Source: Utricularia gibba
Lineage: Eukaryota > Plantae > Magnoliophyta
Reading direction: 5' to 3'
Assembly: GCA_002189035.1 (NCBI GenBank)
Contig: NEEC01000012.1
Coordinates: 1,612,001-1,676,000 of the forward strand
Length of the DNA stretch: 64,000 nt
Made by a program: the position numbers and the translations under genes. Positions 25,333-40,326 of the stretch are shown one piece after another. The notes beneath the pieces are model-generated. The model had not been told where the DNA came from and searched no databases. It saw only the letters and a program-made list of their open reading frames with translations. Position 1 is the stretch's first letter, and each line of letters begins with the position of its first letter.

Positions 25333-28165
25333 TTATAAGGACTTGGAGAAGCCCAATCCAGCATAATCAGTAGCTGTGTAAGCTTCAAAAAGTTCTTTGA
25401 TTAAACCTCGTTTCCTTCTAGGATTGCAACCCATATCTTTGCAGAGTTCATCATTGTACCAAATATGAAAACCCGTAATGCAAGCTCTCCTATACTCATT
25501 ATTAATCGTATATTTCTTCATGCACTTTCCCCACTCTTCAATGTCATCTTCCATTTCCTTTATGCTAGGCAATGCAAACGCCCCATCCAGAAATGACACG
25601 AGCCATTTGGAGTTCATTTCGAATGTGTAGATGTTTGAAAGAGACTCTGAATAGCCAATGACCGCCATTTGCGGGATGCGCGGATGAATCATCTGTCTGC
25701 AACACACATCATAGACTTGCAAGTGTTTCAATGAGAAGTCCCATATATTACAAGCTCATGTTTATGTACAAGTACCTGTAGAGGGGCATCAGGGAAGTTG
25801 GAGACCGGCCAATGATGATGTCTTGGATACTTGAGCGCGAAAACATGTTCCTGAGCTTCTCGTTTCCTTTGTATCCTGTTGCGAAGATGACAACATCTGC
25901 TACCAATGGATGCTCGTTTTGTTCATCGAGTATCAAGCCCTCTTTACAAAATGAAATCCTCTTAGGCTTCTTGAGCACAATGCTTCCCTCTTCCACCTTG
26001 TCGTAGAAGTCCGCTGGTACCATCATGACCTTACCAGCGGAAACATGGAGGACAAATGATTCCTTTGGAACCATGTCGTACTTCTTCAATGGAAGCTTCC
26101 ATTTCAAATAGCTCTCCACGAACTTGGAAAACGCCCACCTCTACAAAAGGAGAGGAGAACATAAGTTGAACCTCTGTCATTCCTTATGCGGATCAAACTT
26201 TTAACGTACCATGGGACTCAGCAGTGTAGCCAAGAGACTGTAAAGGAGCCCTTCACGAGGCTTATGAATCAACATCTCAGTCATGCGACTGAAAAGAAGA
26301 GGACTTATATCAACTCCTGGTGGAAGCATGTCCGGCAGCATCCACGGAATAGTTCTCTGCACCATCGTGCACGGAAATTCGTTTCCTGGAAACCAAAACG
26401 GCAAAAACCCGACCAAAGCTCAATTCAGAATATCCCAACCTCAACCAATTTCAGAAAAACGCAATTCACAGACAAAAACACACACAGAGTCACCAATCCT
26501 CACCGTTCGCAAGTGCACACTCGTAAGCCACATCGACGGCTGATTTATTACTGCCGATGACGACGACTCGCTTCCCTTTGATGAGTTCCAATGCGGCAGC
26601 GTTGTCCATCGCGGAGTAGTCCATGGAATGCAGGACTTTCCCGGAGAATATCTCCGGTCCACGGGCATCCGGGAAGTCTGGTATATTCGGTAGGCCGCTG
26701 AACTTTCCGATACAGAGGACGAGGAATTCCGCTTCGTACTCCTACGGCACGGCACAATCGCAATTTTTTGTACAAAATCTTAAATCAATAATTTTTTATA
26801 AGTTTTTTGATAATTGTTTATAAATAATCATTTAAATATATTTGGTTTCCATATTAACCAGCTCGTTACGTTACATCACCATATATCTATGTTTTAAAAT
26901 CACGAAGTCAAATCGATTGGGGTACTTTGGTACATTCAATTTTTTTAGCCTAATTAAAACAATTCATTTCAATAGTAAATTAATTTTAAAAAACAAATCA
27001 ATTAAATAATATAACAATGTCATGCAATTACATTTATAATTTATGTTCCGGATTCAATGTTCTATTTTTGTTGTTCTTTCGTATTTCAATTTAATTTCCC
27101 ATATCATGAGTCTATTTAAATTATTTTTTAGCTTATTGAAAGTAACGTATTTGGATATTTTTTTGTATTGAAATCGATTATTTGTAGAAATATTCTTGAT
27201 TAATATAAGATAAAAATTATGTAAATGTTAAAAAAAAATTAAAATGATATATTTTTTAACAAGTTAAATTCAAGTTTGACTAACGTAGGGGAATAATTTG
27301 ATTTAAAACATACCTACACGTAGCATATGGTTGATGGGATGAATTATAATATATTTATTTCATAGTTTAAGTATATCTAATATTATATTGATTTTTCTAA
27401 TTTCATGTACATAGAGTTTATTTAAAATCATATGTCTTTTTATTTTACTTAATACTGCTTAATCCCAATTATAATTTCCATAACTATTTAAAAAATTAAT
27501 CCATCTACATCAATAATATTTAATTCCAAATAAAATAAACTGCTTTTATCTCATTACTATTATACCTTTGTGTTATTACTATTTTAGATGATGACTAAAC
27601 TATGGTTAAATTTCATAGTTAAAGAATATAATATAATGTTCACGGTGGATTTGATTAACTGACTTTGAAATATACGTATACCGATGCATTAAATAAAAAA
27701 GTTAGGAGCGGTTAATAAAACGGACCTCGGTGGATTTAGATAGGGTGTCAAGGACCTGGAGCTTCCACTTGCCTTTAGATCCAAACGCCTTCCCGCTCCC
27801 TCCCCACAATTCCCATGCCTCCATTTCCTCTTCGCCTTCCCCCACGTAATCCACGCTCCTCACTTTACTGTTGAACTTGATGTACCGCGTCAAATCAAAA
27901 TGCTTGGCGTAGGAATTGAGATACTCGAGCACTTGATCCGCCGGAGGAAACATCTCGTCGGCGTCGGGAGACGGCCAATCGAAATCGGAAAACTTGAAGT
28001 AGCGTTTACGGTGCTGGAGCCGAGTCGTTTCCATCGTGTGATTCCATACCCCGCCAACTTGCCCGCGGCTTCGAAGACCACGGGATTGAAGCCAGCGGCG
28101 GCGGCATGCTTGCACGCCAGGAGGCCGGCCATTCCGGCGCCGACGATCGCGACTCTCTTCTGCAT
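25333..28165 (-). CDS. FMO1: Flavin-containing monooxygenase, FMO1-like clade, copy 3 (1-bp frameshift in exon 1; pseudogene or sequencing error)
   Basis: Exons 28165-27726 (440 nt versus 441 in the paralogs), 26741-26504, 26385-26210, 26140-25776, 25696-25333. CCC at 28062-28064 where copies 1 and 2 have CCCC. All other exons are open with intact motifs. Confidence 0.88.
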
Positions 28166-28544
28166 TTTGACTTTTTATGTCGTGAAGCTGCTTGATCGGC
28201 ATTTGGCGATCATGGAAACTTCTGTATATAATCTATTTTTAGGAAAGAAGTCAACCCATTTTTGAAAGTTGAAAACGATTGATTGGATTGCAAATTATTT
28301 AAATAATATAAAAAATTATTTTCTAAAAAATAATAAACAACTAATTCCATTTATGGAACAGAGCAAGTCTGTGATGAGCCTTGCTTCTTGGCCCAACTAC
28401 TTAAACGTATGGGCTACCCGTTGTGGCGTGCTTCTACGAGGCCCACATTAAAGGAACGAATTCATCTTGCCGGAGTTCGTCGCGTAGGGAAACAAGTCAG
28501 CGATTCCTTTGCGCTGATGCGGTGAAGCCAATTGAGAGGATCGA
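28166..28544. promoter_or_regulatory. Divergent promoter shared by FMO copy 3 and MIP3
   Basis: 379 bp between opposed ATGs. Site II-like GGCCCA/TGGGCT motifs; W-box cores TTGACT near 28168 and (minus) near 28250. Confidence 0.6.
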
Positions 28545-31500
28545 ATGGCGACGGTTGATGTAATCAAATGTTGCCTAGAATCTATTCGACAGGTGAGTTG
28601 AGATTTTTCTTTTGTTTTGGTTTGCTTTCTGCTGACTACTTCCTTTCTGTATTCCCCTTTCTCTCTGGTAATGTTGTTGGTTTTTTTCTGCTTCCTCGGT
28701 TTTGCAGATATCGGATCACATTGATGACGCAGTAATTTATTTGGATGCGGGAAGTACGGAAGCTTTCCAAATAATTGGGGCTTACCCTTTGTTTCTGGAG
28801 CTTGGTGCTCGAGCTGTTGCTAGCTTGGAGAGCATGTCGGCTCTTGATAAAGTGAAACATTTATGGTGCCATTTGATTCATTGATTTTGTTTTTATTTTG
28901 AAATTTTTATGTGAGCTTTAGTGATGCTTTGGCTGAAAATTGTTCATCTCTTGCATTGTTTCCTGTGATTTCTTATGGCTGTTGCCCTCTAGGTGGTTGG
29001 CTGGGGAAGCAATCCTGGTCATGTGACGAAGATCGTTGTGTTCACATCACGTTTTCTGAGTGATGCACATAAATATATTTTACGCTGCCTGAATATGCTT
29101 CAAAGTGTTATAAATTGCGTTGTATACACATCGGTTTCAGAGGTGTGTAATTTTTCTTTTTAATCCATATTCTTCTTGTGTTTAGTATTTTTGTGCCGTT
29201 TTAATTCTATCTAAAAGTTAACTGTTTGGATCATTAGGTGGCACATTCCGCATATCCTGAATCTCCTCTAGGCCCAGATGCTTTCCATGAATATGAAACA
29301 TTGCTGAAGCAAGATTATGAAGAGATCTTAAAGAAACAAGAAACAGAGTGCAGTACGCTTGGACATAGCAATATTAGGCCAGATGAAAGTAATGCTACTG
29401 ATGAAGAAGGATGGTCTCATTTAACTTCCTTTGAGGAGGATATTTCTGTATATGATGGGCTTTCAAGCAAAAATGTACGCCAAGAAGATAATGTTGCCTC
29501 GGGTGGAATTGTTCGATCTGACTTGATGATCTCAGTACATCATTTCCCTTTGCTAATATGCCCATTTTCACCAAGAGTCTTTGTATTGCCTTCAGAAGGA
29601 TCCATTGCTGAAGCGAGCTTATCTACAGAGAATGAGAATTCAGTAAGCTCTGGTTTGCCCCGTTAAGCACTGGGAAACCTGCTGATGCTGAAGACATCCC
29701 CGCAGCAACTCTCATTGCTCAGTTCCTTTACCATTTGGCCTTAAAGGTGAACATTTTTTTCTTCTGCTATATTGCTTATTGAAGACTTGTTTCAAGTTAT
29801 GTATACATAATCGATGTTTGGGGGATCAACTTTTAGATTTTATTGAAGATGGATGGCAACATTGAATTGGCTGCAAGATATTATTACACAACTAAATTCA
29901 TATCGTTCGAAATTTAGAATTATATACTGAGTCTTCTTGAAATTATCCCACTTTGGCAATGGATGTTTGAGAGAATCCGCTGCGTCTGTCAAGTGGTGCT
30001 AATTTTTTTCTATAAATGATTGCAGATGGATCTGAAACTTGAAGTATTTTCATTGGGTGACATGTCAAAGCATATAGGAAAGCTTTTGACAGAGATGTCT
30101 AGCCTCTATGATGTTGCTAGGCGCAAACGATCAGCTGGGCTTTTAATTGTTGATCGTACACTTGATCTTGTGACACCCTGCTGTCATGGGGACTCTTTGC
30201 TGGATCGAATGCTTTCAACAATTCCTCGTAGGCAACGTAAAGCCACCGCCAATCAACTGAAAGGCTCTAAAAGCCTTCCTAAAACTGGTTCTGTTAAGCT
30301 GGAGCCTTCTCCTATTTCTGTCAAGATTCCTCTTGAAAGTGTTATCTCGCAAGATGACTCGAAAAATGATATTAGGTTGCTGAAGAACATAGAAGCATTC
30401 ATGCGTGGCTTGAATTCTATGGGCTCTGATTCTGGAAATGCTAAAATGAAAGTCACAGGTCATCTAAATGGTGAGGAGCTCTCCTTCTCTGATGAATTGA
30501 GTGGGACTTTGGTCTGTACTGATAACTTTCGTGGTGCTCCCTACTTGGAAGCTATAATGGAACGCAGAACAAAAGATGCAGTTATGCTAATAAAGAAATG
30601 GCTCCAAGAATGCTTACGTCATGAAAAAATCTCACTTGATGTGAGAGTGCGCCCTGGTTTCCCATCCAAGTCTGAGTTACTATCTCTGGTTAGGTATCTT
30701 GCCAAAAGGCAGTCCGCTATAATGAAATACAAAGGACTTATACAGTTAGCATCTGCGACGACATGCATTTTGGATGATGCATATTCAACTAAATGGGATG
30801 GTTTTATTAGTGCCGAGAAGATTCTGCATGTTAATGCTGCAGATTCAAGCCAGAGTCTTTCTTCTCAAATTAGCGATTTCATGAATAAGACTGCCATAGC
30901 AGCCTCGCTAGCGCAGAAGCAAGGTAAGTCTCAGGGAATTTTTACACTTGAGGATGTTCTGCTCTTGACAGTTGTTGGATACATGTTGGCTGGCGAAAGC
31001 TTCCCAAACTCAGGATCTGATGGTCCATTCTCGTGGCAAGAGGAGCATTTCATGAAAGAAGCATTAATGGATGCAGTTCTTGAGAATCCCACCATATCAA
31101 AGTTAAAGTTTCTTCATGGTATCTCTGAAGAGCTTCAATCCAAATTGGATAAATCACAATCGGATGAGAAGAAAGTCCTATCTAATCGCTTGGATTCGGA
31201 CTTTGATGATGATCAATGGGGTGATTGGGGTGATGAAGATGATGTAAAAGATGCCAAGAAAGATCAAGTATTTGGGGATATGCAGCTGAAACTTGAGCTA
31301 AGAGACAGAGTTGATAATCTTTTCAAGTTTTTTCATAAGCTGTCTAGGATCAAAAGGAATGCTGCACCCAAAGACCCGTTCGAGTCTACATGGAACAACG
31401 ATTCATATTCCAGCAAGGGATTGCTTAGCAAACTCTTGACAAATATTCTAGACAAACATGCTCTTCCCGGACTAGAGTATCATTCCTCTACAGTCGGACG

Positions 31501-31902
31501 CCTTTTCAAGAGTGGATTTGGAAGACTAGGTCTAGGCCAGGTATTTCATTGTGAAAAACATTATGTTTATTATGACTTGGGACATGGGTAATCTTTCCTC
31601 ATCTCTGTATACTATAGGCGAAACCAAATCTTGCTGATCTGAACGTTATACTGATCTTTGTTATCGGAGGCATCAACGGAACTGAGGTACATCCATTCTC
31701 CTCCTCATCTAGTCCATTCGTATATTCGATCATTCTATAAATCTAAATGTAAACATCGTGTTGAAATTCGCAGGTCCAGGAAGCCATGGAGGCGGTAGCA
31801 GCAAGCAGCAGGCCTGATATTGATCTGATCCTCGGTGGCACAACATTTCTAACGCCAAGCGACATGCGTGAACTCCTCTTGGGTGATTTTTGTCATATTT
31901 GA
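28545..31902 (+). CDS. MIP3: Sec1-family domain protein MIP3 (MAG2-interacting protein 3 / SCFD2-like), about 854 aa; one apparent frameshift at 29658-29661
   Basis: Exons 28545-28592, 28708-28851, 28993-29142, 29238-29746 (509 nt, one short), 30026-31540, 31618-31686, 31774-31902. AVIYLDAGSTEAFQIIGAYPLFLELGARAV, SPLGPDAFHEYE, LLIVDRTLDLVTPCCHGDS and VIGGINGTEV match MIP3. Confidence 0.92.
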
Positions 31903-33200
31903 GACAACCAAGCAAGCAATCAACCAACCCCATTTGGAAAGCACAGTAAGCTTTCTGGGTTCCTGCAGTTTCACAAGTAAGTTTTGGCCTCCTAACTGCA
32001 GTGGCTTGCCTGTGTGTTGTAATGGGAGGGCATCCACGATGGCCCCTCTCAATGCCCCTTGTAGCATATTGCATCCATCTCGGATTCACCCACCCCAAGA
32101 GAGTTGCAGAAGAAGGGTTTCATTCGCTGTCACTTGTACCTGTGGAATACACAGAATTCAATCTTCTGGTGCAAGTAGAAGGCAAAGGACAAAAAGAAAG
32201 CTGGAACCGAGCTGTTGAGTGCTCCAGGTCAACGCCATTCCGTGTGAGAGGACTCGGTCGTATGAGTTGGTTGGGTTCCCGAATTGGGGGGGGGGGAGGG
32301 GGGGGGGGATGTCGATTGTCTCTTGTGTGTGAGTATTGACTTTCCGTGTTCTGAGCTTTTTCGAACCATTACAATGGACAGGTGGGGGATGGCTTCATCA
32401 AATAGTATTAAATAATAATCAGAAACTACATATGTTTGATTGTAAAGTGAAACATAAAGTATTATAAATTGTTATTTGAAAGAATTGTAAAGGTTATTTT
32501 ATATATTGTATTTTGGGTCATTTGGAGTCGAAAAAAAGAGTGAATATTCATTATCGAGCTACCAATAAAGATATAATTTATGAACTTTTATTGAATATAA
32601 ATACGAAAAACTAATATAATTGATGATTTAAATTAATGTTAACAAAAATTAGATAATATTTGAATTTGTTATAAACAATTAAATATTTTTAATCATTTTA
32701 CCGTCATAAAATTATAATTTTTGACATTTTCTAGTTCATCCATGTTATTTAACCTAAATAATCGATATTTTAAAATTATTAAAAAATCATAAACCGTATA
32801 CATAAATGATTAGTGGTTTGAACAGTTTAATTATGATTCAAATCTTTGATTATATCATTATTAAATTAAGTGTTACTCTAATTCATTTTTTTCTATTTTA
32901 AAACGATTTTAATTTAATCAAACTACTATTTTGAAAATACACTACATAACTCACTCAATTTTCTCTTACTTATTCTAAACAGCTAACTCAATGTGTACAT
33001 TGCCTCCAAATTCCTCCACAATTCAACGCGGTTTCTAATTTTCATGTCACCCCCCTTGCTGGCTGACTTGATCATCTTCCCGCAGCAGCAAAGTTTGAAT
33101 CTTGTTCTCACATGCAATGGGAATTCCTCTGTATAAATAAGTGATTCATGGGGAGCAGAAACTCCATGCAAACCAAACACACAGAACCTGAGCTACGGTC

Positions 33201-34329
<1,129 letters not shown>

Positions 34330-34649
34330 TACCTGTTTCAGAAACACCCAAAATACTCCTTCTCTGTAATGAAAGTTGTTCTATTGCAGTAATATTGAGA
34401 CAACATGTTCGAAAAAAAAACAAAAATGAGTACGACAGATAGATATGGACACCAACGCAAGAAAGCAACTGATGATATTTCTGACAAAACAAGTTGTGAC
34501 CTCACGTTGCACAGGCCCTATCAGTATAACACAAGTTTCGGACGTTCACTTCCCACTGAACTGCCGTTCTGAATGCAGCTGCCTGAGTTTCCAAGGTTCA
34601 CGGGAGTGAAAAAAAGATCATTTTAAGATGAAGCGCAGTGAACATGTAC

Positions 34650-35594
<945 letters not shown>

Positions 35595-35939
35595 TCAATC
35601 TTCACAGTGCAGACGCTTTACAGGAAGCGGGAGAAATATACAAAAGCTTCGTTAGCATGTCCGTTAAAGATTTCTTCCAACTAAAACGACGTCGTCGCTT
35701 GATTCTTCCAGTTGTCACTCAAAGGCCCAGCACACTTGGGCCTGTGCTTGCAATGGACCCGTGAACGGACTATTTTCCTATTTCTTTCTTAAAAAAAAAT
35801 CTGGAATATATAGTTGCACGTACCTACATTCATTAATTTACGGGTTCGGATCTCTAAATTTATTGATTCACGAATTCAGATCCGTCGATTTTTAATTTTA
35901 AAAATAATGGATACATCAGATTATTTTAAAAAGACAAAT

Positions 35940-38900
35940 TATTGGAATTAAGTAGAATTAAGACAATTGAAAGATATCGAAATTCTAAAGTTATTCTATT
36001 ATATTTTATTTGACTTTTATTTATCTACATGTGATAGACACATAGGTGTTGGGTGGCATAAGACCCATCACTGTAAAGTTTTGCTATAACATTTTCTTTC
36101 TTGTTGTTCACTAAATCACTTTAGGATTTTCCTACTCTTCTAGGGTACGACACTTGGTATTTGCTCTCTATCGGTTATTTATCTTAGTTTTATGTTATCA
36201 TGGTATCAGAGTATATGAAACTCATATTTGTGACTTGTTTATTGCAAATTTGAAGTTCTCTCTTTGTGATTTTTGGTTCAACTTTTGTTGTCTGTCATTA
36301 TTAATATGGAAATTTGGTATAATCCATATGCTCTATATGAGTTCCCAAGTTTCATGCATCTAATTACAATGAATAGTTAGTGTTAATGAAAGCATATTTA
36401 TAAAGGAAGAAGTTGTGGTTTCTGTTGAAAGATGACCATCAAGAGTGGAGTGAACCCTTTGATGATGCACCAGCCATAGAACAAAAAAATGGAAAATTTA
36501 TATAGAGAATCAAAACACTGCAATAATGATTTTACATCTATTAGTGACAAGAGCACAAGATATCAAAGAATTTCAAACTATACTTTCCCTCAAGAAATAT
36601 GGAACAAGCCGAAAGTGTAGAGTGCAAGTGATGATCATATGTGAAAGATTCATGCAATGGTAAAACTAGCTGAATTTGAAAGAGACAAAATGAAGATGAA
36701 TCAGATCTTACATGAATAATATGATAGAACAATAATGCTAGTAAATGAATTACATGCTCTTGGTGAATATCTTACCGATGAGAAAGAAAATTATTACAAG
36801 ACAATGATGAGTCTTCCTACAAAGTTTGAAGTTAAGCTATGTAGTTTGGAATAAGAAGAAGTGATTAAGAAATCTTTGAAAATTATGGAAAAGAAAACAT
36901 TTTTGCAATTTATTAAATCATTGCAAACATCTAAACTCTAAACAGAGAATAGCCATGAAGGAAGAAAATGATGAATTTCATGAAAATTCTGAAATTGCTT
37001 GTGTGAGTAAGAATGTTGGAACATCAACCAATATTTTAAAAGACAAATAAATCTTAGAGCTTCACACATATGAAAACGATGCAACTATAGTTTGCAAATT
37101 GTGTGGTAAACGTAATCATAAGAATGTTAAATGAAACACAAGAGAATGCATGTATGCATTGTGGAAAAGGTATCACAATACTTGCTGGGATATTGCAGGG
37201 GGAGAATCTAACAATATACTTGAGGAGCTTAACATTGGAAATATTGATATTGATGAGATTGACAATACTTTGCCTCTTAATGCTTGTCGTAATGAATTTA
37301 TTGAGGATGAGCAACGTCATGTGTCAGTTGGTAGGGAAAGAACATTGTCTAATCTATATGATGATGTTTAACTTATGAGGTATTATCTTATTTTGCTACT
37401 TTGAAGCTATGAAGAAAGAGAAATGACAGATAAATATGGATTTGAAATGGAATCAATAGAAGAAAATGACACCTAGAAATTGATACCACTCTCATCAGGT
37501 AACACTTCCAAAATCTTGGATTTATAGATAAAAATTCAATGCGAATGGAACATTGAATAGAGATAAATCAGATTAGCAAAAGGGTATGCCCAAATTAAAT
37601 GTATAAACTATCAGAAAATTTTTACTCCATTTGCTTGACTAGACACAATAAAATTGATGTTAGATTTATCTAAACTAAAAAGATGTAAGTGAATCTTAAA
37701 TGAAGAAGTGTATGTTGATGTCTATCAACATGACACTTCTAGAAGAAACGAATAAATTACTAAGTGTAAAATTAAAAATGAAAGATTTAGAACTTGCACA
37801 CTTCTATCTTCATATGGAAATCATGCAAGAACCTAGAGTTGGAACCTTCATATCATAAAGGAAATATATTTCGGAGATATTTGAGAAATTTGGATCGTAG
37901 GAAGCAAATAGAACTTGAACACCATATGAGTGTAAGTCTGATAAACGGGAATTTTTCTAATATCATTGTAAATAAAAATAGAAAATCCGTATCAAATAAA
38001 TTTATAATCCCTAATCTACACAAAATACAAATTTGGAAAACTTGTACAGTGGTTATCGGGGTCGATCACGAAAAGCTTGTGCTTGCTAAGTATTTTAGAA
38101 GATGCAAGATTTCAGATAACAATAGGTCTTACTCTAAGCTCGGACTAACAGCGATAAATAAGTTCAGTAAAAAAAGTAGGTAAGCAATATCAGGTTTCTA
38201 CGTTAAGGTAACAGGTACTGGTTTTGACTCAGACTAATACGAGAACACCTTAAGTATCTGCGCGTGGTGTTATGCTAAGCTTCCTAATTTAATTTATTAT
38301 CTTCCTACACTCACAACTTCAAATAACCTAGGTCTACCCAGATCATTCATCATATTTTTGGCTTAAGTTAATCCCCAATATCATAACCAACATTGCAATT
38401 AGGTCTACCCGCATGCAAGGTATATAGAACTAGGTCTACCTGGTTCTACTGGTTCCACCCTGGACTAACACCGACTGCCTCCGTCTTGGTTTGTTGGTCT
38501 ACCTCTAAACCAAGCTTCTAAATTGTGAAACTACTTGCTCCCTTCCTTAGGTCTACCCATGGTTTATTAGGAACAAGAGTTAAGGAAGACAACTAAATTT
38601 CATCATCAACCTAAGCAATCACCACCCACCTCTCCTTAAGGCATCTCTAAGACTCTAGCCACTCATGCTTTGGAAATAAAACACAATTTCATTCATATAA
38701 GTTGGACAAAATGGAAGAAACATTGTAAACAAGTAAAATGCAGAAAGTCGAAATGTTCAGAAAACTAGAAAGTAGATAAAGATTGTTCTTCCGCCCGTTA
38801 ACTACTGTTCGTAGCCCGGAACAGTAGCGCTGGACTGGGCTCTGACACTATTCTTGATGATGGAGGCGTTTCTTTCCCCTTCTGGTTGGTGTTTCTCCCG

Positions 38901-40326
38901 TTGGGGAAGAAGACCCCTGTCGTCCCCCTCTCTCTGTGTTCTTTCGCGCTCTCCCTTTTTTCCGAATTAATTTCCTTTTCTTTTGCTTCACTCCATTGCA
39001 CTGTTTCTGACTGCCAGCATTGTTCCTGACCTGAACTTGCAAACTGTGGTGGCAGCAGAACAATGCTCTTTGTACTTCCCCGGATTTTGCGCCCTTCTTT
39101 GCTTGTTTTACACGCTTGCCAGTCTGATTTTCGGCTCATCTCCCTATTGAACTTATTGAAACATCAGTAACAAGAGTTGTGGACTAAATCAAAGGATTTA
39201 GTCCACTTTTCAACATAATCACGTAGGATTAACATAAACACCCTAAAGCATGAAAAACCACATTTATCTAACCTAAACCATAGTAAAATATAACTATTTT
39301 GCATTATGAATTTTAGAAAAAAATGTGTGTTATCAAAGTCAGTACTAAATTTAGATATGGAAGGTGAAGATGCAAACTCGATATTGAAGGTGAAGATGCT
39401 GTCTCCACTTTACATAAAAGCATTGTTGGATGTATGTTGCATCTATCACATACCAAATCTGATATGAGCTACATCTCTATCATATTATCTTGTTTTCTAA
39501 AGGCTTCTAAACAAGCCATATGGCGGCAAGAAAAAGAGCCTTGAGGTATTTGAAGAAAACCTTGAATCTTGATATGTTTTTTTTTTTTTTTATGCGTAGC
39601 ATGAACAAGAGATTCCCACATTATCTTGATACACTGACAGTGACTCCGCAAATTAAGAGGATGAAGGAAGTACATCAAGATATATTTGTGATTTGAGTGG
39701 TAGATTTTTCTCTTGATGTTCAAAAAACAGCTTGTAGTGGCTCATTCCACTATTGAGACTGAGTACATAGTAGCAAATTTTGTAACAAATCATTGTGTGT
39801 GACTACGACAATTGCTTCATGAGGTTAACTGTGATTAAAGTGAAGCCATTGTTCAGTTTATTGATAACAAGCCACTGATTTCAATAGAAAATGATCTAAT
39901 ACAATTCAGCAAGGTGAATTACATGAATGTGTGCTTTCATGCTTTTAGAGAAAATGTGAAAATGAAGAACATCTACCTAAAGTACATGGAATCAACAAAA
40001 CAATTGGTTAATATCTTCACAAAGTCATTTGGAAGAGTTATGTTCAAAGGGCTTAGAGATAAATTAGATGTTAAACAATTGGAAGACTTTGAAAGAATGA
40101 TCCATTCCACCAATAGAGGGAGCATTAGAGTTAGGTGGAAATCATGACAATTGAAAGATTTATGAAGTTATTATGTTATATTTTTTTTTACTTTTGTTTA
40201 TTTACACATAATAAACATGTGGATGTAAGGTGGCATAAAATCTATCACTTTAAAACATTAAACTTTTCAGTTTTTTGTTGTTTGATGAATAACTTTGGGG
40301 TTTTCCCACTCTTCTAGGGTATTCAG
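35940..40326 (+). mobile_element. Old Ty1/Copia element with both LTRs (about 35940-36151 and 40123-40326)
   Basis: The two LTR copies share GACAATTGAAAGAT, GGTGGCATAA and TTTTCC(T/C)ACTCTTCTAGGGTA. Degenerate PBS TGGTAT after the 5' LTR; PPT AGAGGGGAG. Decayed RT/RNase H (KGYAQ, MKDL, KKQLVVAHSTIETEY, QLVNIFTK). No TSD found. Confidence 0.75.
37939..39335 (-). mobile_element. Solo LTR (Athila-like), 1397 bp
   Basis: Ends TGATAA...TTATCA, TSD AAGTC at 37934-37938 and 39336-39340. Inserted in the Copia RT; contains repeated GGTCTACC motifs. Confidence 0.9.
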
